Source: Cycas panzhihuaensis
Lineage: Eukaryota; Plantae; Cycadophyta
Length of the DNA: 64,000 nt
Direction of reading: 5' to 3'
NCBI GenBank assembly: GCA_023213395.1
Contig: CM041465.1
Location: forward strand, 202,065,741 to 202,129,740
This document shows positions 60,964 to 64,000 of the stretch, in pieces; position 1 is the first letter of the stretch; each line of letters opens with the position of its first letter. The notes under the pieces were generated by a model. That model saw only the letters and a program-made list of their open reading frames with translations, was not told the DNA's origin and did not search any database. The translations under genes and the position numbers were made by a program.

Positions 60964-62585
60964 ATGATGGTCACCTTCTGGGAGTCCGATGATGAACATA
61001 TTCAAAGACAATGGCGCAAAATAAAACTAGACGATGAATGTAGAAGGAAGATGACTGTTGCAGGATTAGACCGGTATGTACTGGTCGAAGTCCTTCTGAA
61101 TATATACAGCTTCCTATCAACAACAATGGCATTGGTAATACGTAAACCATCCTTGTTGGATTGTTCGGCGGAAGCAATTGCGAAAATAATAGGGTTACCA
61201 AACGAGGGCTCGGACATTCCTAAGGACAAATAGATATCTAGGGAACAAGCCGCACAAGAAATTGGAGCTAAAGAGTCAAATGTATCCTCTTTAGGAATTT
61301 GAATTTTGGGCATCTCGTCAAAGGAAATGCATTGGATAGCTTAATTTGTATTTACAAGAGCTATCCTTGGCCAAAAAAATTCATTCATGCGAACCCATTT
61401 ACGAACAATGTTGATTAAAGCTATAGAAGGCCAGAGATTCAACTGGGCCAAATTCGTAGCTGCCAAGTTTTCAAGGAATTAGGAATCAGTAAGAGGTGCT
61501 ACTCAATCTGTTCTATTCTTTTATCCTACTTTATTTCAAGGATTGCTTTTTCACAATGTTCAGGGATTCAGCTACTGGCAATTGAAGAAGGACAACCTAT
61601 TCTGGCCAAATGGACAGAATTATATTCAAGGGATCGAGGAAGAGGTGCCTCACAATTAGTGGAGCTACAAAAACAAGTTAGTGACTGGCTTCATGCACAG
61701 TGGTAGGTTCGTACTCCCCAACCGGGCCCAAAAGTAGAAGAAGAAGTGGAGGAAAAACCACGGATAGAGGAAATGTCACGGAGCCCAGCAGGAAGGCAAA
61801 GAGAAAAGAAAAAATTGAAGGTAGAAATAAGGGAGGGGAAACAGGAAGTAGGAGAAGAACCTATCACAAAGGAAAAGCAAGTGGAACCAGAATAGAAGTA
61901 GCCAAGAATGGTTGAGCCCTTGAAGTGTGAGGAAGAAGAGAAACAGAAAAGGAGGAAGCAGGCAACTAAGAAGAGGAAGCAGGAAATATTGGAGGCATTG
62001 AACAATCAACCACCATAAGAGGAATTTAATCAGTTGGAAGACTACTTGAAGGAGGCCCTTGATCTGTTGCATTGCGATCCACAGGATGTCTCCCAATGGA
62101 GAACTTCCTTTCTGGCCAGGGTAACAAGGGAACTCGTAATAGAGTTGGAGCAAAGGAATTGAAGACCATTGCTAGACATGCAGAGAATTCAAAATTTGGA
62201 AGATAAATTAGCAGCAATAGAAGCCCAGTTAGTAATTTTGAAGGAATTTATCTTGTTGTGGGTCAAGGATACTGATGGGATTCCTTCGAAAGTACAAGCA
62301 TTCAAAAGTTGCTTCTAGCAAGAGATTCCTTTAGGATTACATGATGTAATTTTTAAATTAGGTGTATGGATATTAGAGACTGAGGAGGACGCAAAGCATG
62401 TGAACAATTTTTGGTCAAGAATTTATCACCTGTGCCAGGACTTGACGAGAATGGAAAAGATGCATGATGAAGCAAAGGAGGAAATCTCAAAGCTACACAA
62501 AGGGGAGAAACAGACATTAGCACAATTGGATGCACTACGAGACGTTGCGATCATGGTAGATCATTGCCGATCACAAGGAATCTGA
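60964..62585 (+). pseudogene. G 3' extra ORF of unknown function, decayed
   Basis: Long sense-strand coding-like tract between integrase and PPT: ...AIAKIIGLPNEG...IEGQRFNWAKFVA..., then an E/K-rich and coiled-coil-like C-terminus (EKMHDEAKEEISKLHKGEKQTLAQLDALR). Broken by several stops and shifts. Confidence 0.65.
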
Positions 62586-62839
62586 ATTTCGTCAACCATT
62601 GGATGATCGAACACAAATTATATTCGTCAAGCAATGATTAATTGCGCAAAGAATTGAATGAGATGTGAACAATTGGTAAATTGTTCTTTTTGAGGGGGGG
62701 GGGGGGAAGGAATAGGGAAAATTTTGTGAACAAGTAAGGATACTTGTTGAATTTTTGATGGGGAAGATGTGTGGGGCCAAAAATAACATAGAATTTTGTA
62801 AAAGACGTTGAATTTAGGATATGATCAGATTGTGACTAG

Positions 62840-63415
62840 TAGTCGGGACAACAAGTAGATTGTAGCTCGAACCAAGATCACAAGCAGATCATGATTCAGA
62901 TTGATATTGCGAGTAGATTGCAATTCGGGACGGATCGCGACCAGATTGTGGTTGAGGTTGAGATCGTGAGCAAATGGTGATGTGGGCCAAGATCACAAAT
63001 AGATCGGGGTTGGGGCCGAGATCGTGAGCAGATCATGGTTTGGGCTGAGATCGCGAACAGGTTGTGATTCAGGCCGAGATCGCGAGCAAATTGGGATTAG
63101 GGCTGAGATCGCAAGCAAATCGTGGTTCAGGTCGAGATCACGAGCAGATCGTGATTCGAGCTGAGATTGTGAGCAGATCGGGGTTGGGGCCAAGATCACG
63201 AGCAGATCCTGATTCGGGACGAGATTGTAAGCGTATCGTGGTTTGGCCCGAGATTGCGAGCAGATCATAATTCAGGTTGACATCGCGAGCAAATCATGGT
63301 TTGGGTTGAGATCGCGAGCAGATCGTAATTTAGATTGTCGTCGTGAGCAGATTGTGGTTTGGGACAGGATTACGAGCAGATCGTAGTTCAGGCTAAGAGT
63401 GCAAATCGATTGCAA
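62840..63415. repeat. 29-bp tandem array in the G 3' LTR
   Basis: Same unit and span as in the 5' LTR. Confidence 0.93.
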
Positions 63416-64000
63416 CTACCACAAGTATGAGCTAGTCAAAAAATACAATTATGAACAAATTATGTCATGTAATTTAACTGTTGTGTTGGATGTAACTTAT
63501 CACGGTTGAGACCGTTGGAAATTATGTATGTAAAGACAAAAAGGAAGGGATGAAAGTATGTATGTAATGGTAGTAAGTGGGTAGAAGAGATACTCATAGG
63601 GTTATGATTGTATTCCTTGGTATAAGCCTGATCTAGCCGTTGACTTTCAGTGTACTGTCGGGTCTGCATCTGGTTGTGAGAGGACCAGGCACAGTTCCCT
63701 ATCTTAATGATATTATGTTTTGCATCATACTAGTTGTCCCTTGTGCTTGCATAATTCCAATGATGTAATTGAATAGGTGCACATCACACAATCCAGACAA
63801 AAAATTTTGGATAAATTTTACTCAAAAATTTGAAGAAAAATGAGAGAAATTTGAGATCAAAGCTACAAACTCTAGTCCCTGTAAAATCAAGTTTTCCCAC
63901 TTAATGAAACAGAATCTTGAACTCGTGCCTTTAAAACAATTTACTCCTCTCTACAAGACAAACCTACACGAAAAATTTTATTGAATTTTGAGCCCCTAAA

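Larger units (their letters stand above)
52958..63790 (+). mobile_element. G: full-length decayed non-chromovirus Ty3/gypsy LTR retrotransposon (10.8 kb)
   Basis: 1023-bp LTRs 52958-53980 and 62768-63790 (TGTGTG...CA(C/T)ACA). PBS TGGTTCTGTTGCC at 53982, tRNA-Asp-like. PPT GATGGGGAAGA. 4-bp TSD ATCC. Order gag-PR-RT-RH-IN; no chromodomain seen. Confidence 0.95.
43417..64000 (-). mobile_element. V: Ty1/copia element (E2 family) hosting W and G; 5' LTR beyond the window
   Basis: 3' LTR 43417-43624 resembles the E2 LTRs, with adjacent PPT. The leader resumes at 63795 after G and aligns without gaps to the E2 leader. Confidence 0.9.

Overview
AT-rich, methylation-decayed land-plant nuclear DNA; a large-genome lineage such as a gymnosperm or fern is inferred, not shown. 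The first ~0.8 kb holds three exons of a plant LCM-family SAM-dependent methyltransferase gene whose expected last exon was not found in the window. The rest is mostly a stack of LTR retrotransposons, delimited by paired LTRs, PBS, PPT and target-site duplications (TSDs). Two stand-alone Ty1/copia elements: E1 (5976-9796) and E2 (10111-15353). One nest runs from 20329 to beyond the window end. Its base is a tiny RNase-H-only copia derivative (X). X's LTR carries copia Y (20592-42703), which holds Z1, Z2 and Z3. X's body carries copia V (43417->64000), which holds the young gag-only element W and the Ty3/gypsy element G. Most notable: (1) copia-type elements with dissimilar LTRs carry host-gene fragments in antisense within long 5' leaders (HSP70 in Z3, DIM1/YLS8 in W, possibly an aminopeptidase motif in E1), and the two clear cases share a 17/19-nt junction motif; (2) W encodes a Gag N-terminus in frame with tandem repeats resembling the RNase H tail; (3) G has two extra capsid-like domains between protease and RT, four zinc knuckles, a 4-bp TSD and a 3' extra ORF; (4) hairpin-dense segments lie directly before the gag start in Y and probably Z2. 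All identities come from motif recognition by eye; no searches were run.
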